Position numbers and translations under genes: made by a program. Of a DNA stretch of 64,000 nt, positions 59,994-64,000 are shown in pieces (the first letter of the stretch is position 1; each line of letters starts with the position of its first letter). Under the pieces are notes generated by a model. That model saw nothing but the letters and a program-made list of their open reading frames with translations, was not told the DNA's origin and did not search any database. Location: positions 22,072,001-22,136,000 of the forward strand of contig NC_092345.1 in NCBI RefSeq assembly GCF_963676685.1, read 5' to 3'. This DNA is from Mytilus edulis (lineage: Eukaryota).

Positions 59994-62900
59994 ATGACGG
60001 ACCTTCCAGGTCTATTATGCTCCTTTTTCTTTATTTTGGTAAGGAACGTTTGTGTTTCTTTGTCTTTTATTTATTCTTACGATAAAATATGGGACCAATA
60101 AACAGGCACCAGAAATTACAAATGTCATATTACAACTATATTTATTTAAAGCTGTATTCTTAGCCGGCATGTACATAAACCCGGGAGTTCTAATGAAACG
60201 TCAGAATGCCACGTGTTTTAAACTCCACTTTATTGTAACACATGCATACTTTTGCAGTTGTAAATTAAAAATACTACTTACAAGGTATAGACTTTGTTTT
60301 AATCATTTGAACATTTTATGTTTACCAATTATTAGTGTCATTCTCTGACTTTAGTCATTATGTCTTTATTTCTGTGGGATGGGGTTGCATTTGCCCCAAT
60401 TACATATTTATTATTGGTATCTTTGGCCAAAGAATGTATTTTCATTGGGTCTATTTACCCGATTTTAAAACATTTGTATTAATTTTATAAATTTTATCAC
60501 AATGGAAATGTGATTGTTGTTTGAAGTCAATGATTCAATCAGTGCACTTTCGGTATCAGGTCCGTTCGGAGCCAACACACTTTCGCACCCTACACGCTCG
60601 CATGTTCGCACCCAAGGTCTGTTCGCACCCAAATTTAAATCAAATTCCAGTTGAATAATTAGAATATCAAGATTTTTTTTAATTGATTTGATGTAAATAC
60701 TACATGTACATAAATTTAGCTTGGTATGAGTAAAACATTGAAGATTTTAAATGACAACCACAACTTTGAAAGATTTTAACATCTTGGCCCCTTTGATCTG
60801 AAACAATGAAACAAAAAATTATAGCAATACACTAACCAAAACATGATTCATATTCAACACAAAAATACGTTGTCAGAGTCTCATTTTTTTTTAAACAATG
60901 AAATAAAAGTTAGTAATACACTTACCAAAACAAGATTAAGATTTATTCACCACAAAAAAAACCCCAATGTTGTCTCACTTTTATTTTAGACAATGACAAC
61001 AAATACACTTATAGGAATACACTTGCCTAACCTTGATTACAAAGTTATTAAACACCAAACAAATAAAAATTGGGCGCGAATGTGTAGGGTGTGAAAGTGA
61101 AAGGGGACGAACGTGATTGGGTGCGATTGGACCCAGATTCGCAGATTCTCAGGTCAACCATCACAGATTTCCAAAAAGCAATAAGGTGTATTCATGGTAT
61201 TGATATTTCGGTTTTTAGGTACAAATGCACCTTAGCTACACATACCTCATGAAATGATGGCTATACCAATATATTTTTGAAAATACATGTATTTATAAAA
61301 TCTTAAAATTTATAAAATGTTTTGAGATTAATTGCTTGAGCTTAGTTAATTCCTATACCTAATAATGCTATTTATTGTTATAATTAATTTATTATTTTTT
61401 TCTAGTTGTATTTTGATGATGTAAAAAGTAGTCTGCTGTCAGTTGACGAATGCAGGACATTGGGGTTTGCACCAAGTTTGGTATGTTCACAGTGTAAAGA
61501 GTTGGACCAGTTTAATCTGTCTCAGTTGACAGAATCCTGTTCCAATTGTTGCCAGAAGGATGAAAGTGACAGTAATACATTAAAAGTGAGTTTTTGATGA
61601 ATTTCTGAAGTACAAATTAAGTCCTAAGATTTATATTTAGATTGGACTGGCATCCAAAACACCAATACATTGTAAATGCTAGTCTAGTATGGCTGATATG
61701 AATACCTCTTTTAATCCTTTAACAGCTATGTACTTGATAAAATCTTTCCAAACTTCCCAAACTTTGAATACACCTTGAAATGAACATCAACATTCTTTTA
61801 AATTGATTTTAACAGTGCAATATAAAAAAGAAGATGTGGTATGATTGCCAATGAGACAACTATCCACAAAAGACCAAAATGACACAGACATTAACAACTA
61901 TAGGTCACCGTACGGCCTTCAACAATGAGCAAAGCCCATTATTAAAGAACATGCTCACTGATTCATGTTATTGTTGCTAGAGTTTTAAAAGAAGTCAATA
62001 TTTTAAGTTTATAAAAAAAATTATACAATTGTGACTTTGTATGTATTTCAGAATATATAGCAAATTTATTGTTTGCATCAATTTTAGTTTTATTTCTGAG
62101 TTTGCATAAACCTACATGCCTTATGAATCATTACTGGGTTTTAATGGGTAATACTGGGCAATACTGGGTAAAATAAAATACTGGCCTGAATTTTAAAGAG
62201 GATTCAGTGATCAAACTCAATTGCAATACATTTAAGATATTTATAAACACATTTTGATTTATAACTTAGTTTACTTGTTTGAGAGTGATAGTTCAAGTGT
62301 ATATACATTTGAAAAAGTACTATTCTTGCAACTATAAAACAAGTAAACATGTAGGCACACATTACACAAATATTAATGGAAAAGGCCATTATCAATAATT
62401 CTCTTCTGAAAGTCTATTAAATCACCCTCTCGTCTAGATTGATCAAACTGTTAACACAAATTCAAAGAATTCATTTTTCAAATGTATATCACTAATTGAT
62501 AAGTAATTATTCAGATTAGGACATTGATATGTTTATATAACAATATTCAGCCTTTTCATTTCTATAAGGGTTAATGACTTGACCCTGTAGGGTGTTTATT
62601 TAGCAATATGATTGCATAGACATTTCAATTTATAATTCACATAAACACTGCTATAAAATGCATTTTTTTTTTAAAGTTTGGATAGTTGAAACAATACATG
62701 GAAATTAACAAGGTATTAATAATCCTAAAATATTCAAATTTTGTATTCTGCCTACATAGAAGTAGTGGAGAAAAGAATGAAATTGAATTTTCAATCTTCT
62801 AGAAACATGACTCTCAATGGTTATCTGTATAAAATGTATATATTTAGCTATAATACTATGAAACTACAACAAGACTTTACTATTTTGTGTTAAAATAAGC

Positions 62901-63976
62901 TTAAAAAGTCTTATTGCCCAGTATTACCCAGTATTACCCATTTCTGGGAGTATTGCCCAGTCCGGGAAAACCCGGGAATTCCCGCCTGGGTTTTCCCGGG
63001 CTGGTAATACTTTGCCAACCCTGCTTATGATTGATTCAAGAAAACATTCCTTGATCAAATAAAACCTAGTTTGTTTTGTTTATAAAATTTAAAGGAAGTC
63101 AAATATTGTTAATATAAATCATGTTACTTTTGGCAAAAAAGGTATTATAATTTGTGTTTTTTTTATTTTCTTTAGGTACATCCATATGCAGAACTCCATA
63201 TCTGTGGATGAAAATTGGGGCGGTACCCACAAGTGCAAGGTTTGTTTTATCTTATTCACTTTTTTTTCTTATTTTTTTTTTAGTGTGGATTGATCAATCT
63301 TTTGTTGAAATTAATATTAAATGTGCTCTAGTATTAAGTCATATATGAATTCAAAGTTACCATCTGTATGATTTTCCTGTGTAATACACACTTTTTTACA
63401 TCCCACAACATATTCACACATTCACAAACTGGCTGTTAGAGGCTAGAAATATATTCTGAGGAGACATTTTTCAGTCCATTCTATATGTATATTGCTGGGG
63501 AAATAGATCTAAGATTATTTCTCTTAAATATTTGAAGATATATATTTCAGCTCAGAAATATATATAAAACAACCAAAGTGTGGCTTTCTTTGCATATTTT
63601 CTGTAGTCCATTACATGAACAGGTAGATAACCCAGAATCATCAATCTTTAAATTCCAATGTTAGATTTGTTTAATTGATCAGAAAACATGTACATTTGTA
63701 GTATAATTTGATCCTACATAGTAGTTAAAAGCACAGATTTAATATCTTATATTCACATATTAAAGAATGGCATGTAATGAATTCATTTATTTTGTAGCAT
63801 TTGTGAAGAGTGACCGCCCAAATCAGTTCCCTGGTTTAACAATCCGTTATATCAGAGGAGCAGATCCCATGATAAAACTCCTGGATGAGAGTAAAAATGT
63901 TGTGGAGACGCTAGGTATAGAAAAATGGGACACAGATACTGTAGAAGCTTTTTTTAAAGAAAGATTAAAGGATTAA
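59994..63976 (+). CDS. SELENOF: Selenoprotein F (Sep15), 155 aa, selenocysteine UGA at 63209-63211
   Basis: Exons 59994-60038, 61406-61585, 63176-63239, 63798-63976 (468 nt). Signal peptide, Cys-rich ECRTLGF..SLVCSQC..L..F......C..CCQ, then YAELHICG-U-KLGRYPQVQAFVKSDRP.QFPGLTIRYIRGADP.IKLLD...IEKWDTDTVEAF. Family similarity continues through the TGA. Any SECIS would lie beyond the window end. Confidence 0.96.
60553..61140. mobile_element. Degenerate TIR element with subterminal TTCGCACCC / GGGTGCGAA-type repeats in SELENOF intron 1
   Basis: Left arm with repeated TTCGCACCC, right arm with inverted GGG(C/T)G(C/T)GAA motifs, AT-rich internally repetitive middle; TSD not resolved. Confidence 0.55.
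62126..63023. mobile_element. hAT-like non-autonomous element, left TIR apparently lost
   Basis: Right end TTTGCCAACCCTG; inverted subterminal AATACTGGG/CCCAGTATT arrays at both ends; CTTATG on both flanks. Confidence 0.5.
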
Positions 63977-64000
63977 TATGCTAGCATGATGTGTATTAAG

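Noticed and set aside
63977-64000. SECIS element for SELENOF
   Set aside because: Only 24 nt of 3'UTR are in the window, so it cannot be called.

Overview
This is AT-rich, intron- and repeat-rich eukaryotic DNA, not prokaryotic. The gene content and repeat families suggest a bivalve mollusc, probably Mytilus-like (inference). I reconstructed six protein-coding genes by hand from splice sites and reading-frame phase: (1) a secreted protein with an uncharacterised lysozyme/SLT-like N-terminal domain plus a vWA domain (minus strand, 3' end unresolved); (2) URM1 (+); (3) MRRF (-); (4) a small heat-shock protein with an intronless CDS (+); (5) RBM18 (+); (6) selenoprotein F with an in-frame UGA (+). 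Introns and intergenic DNA hold Helentron/HINE-like non-autonomous elements with variable internal tandem arrays, several TIR MITEs (piggyBac-, Kolobok-, hAT- and MULE-like), a LINE 3' fragment, many SINE-like copies and two long minisatellites. The most unusual structures are four. A ~155-bp inverted repeat lies between head-to-head MRRF and RBM18, each arm carrying an outward-facing splice donor and a uORF, possibly mirror-image first exons on one bidirectional promoter. A 46-copy array was built from an RBM18 exon end plus its splice donor. Palindromic micro-insertions of 32-47 bp with 7-bp TSDs sit upstream of two genes. The lysozyme-like domain has Gln at the putative catalytic Glu position. 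The long hydrophobic ORFs at 10.3-12.3 kb are minisatellite artefacts.
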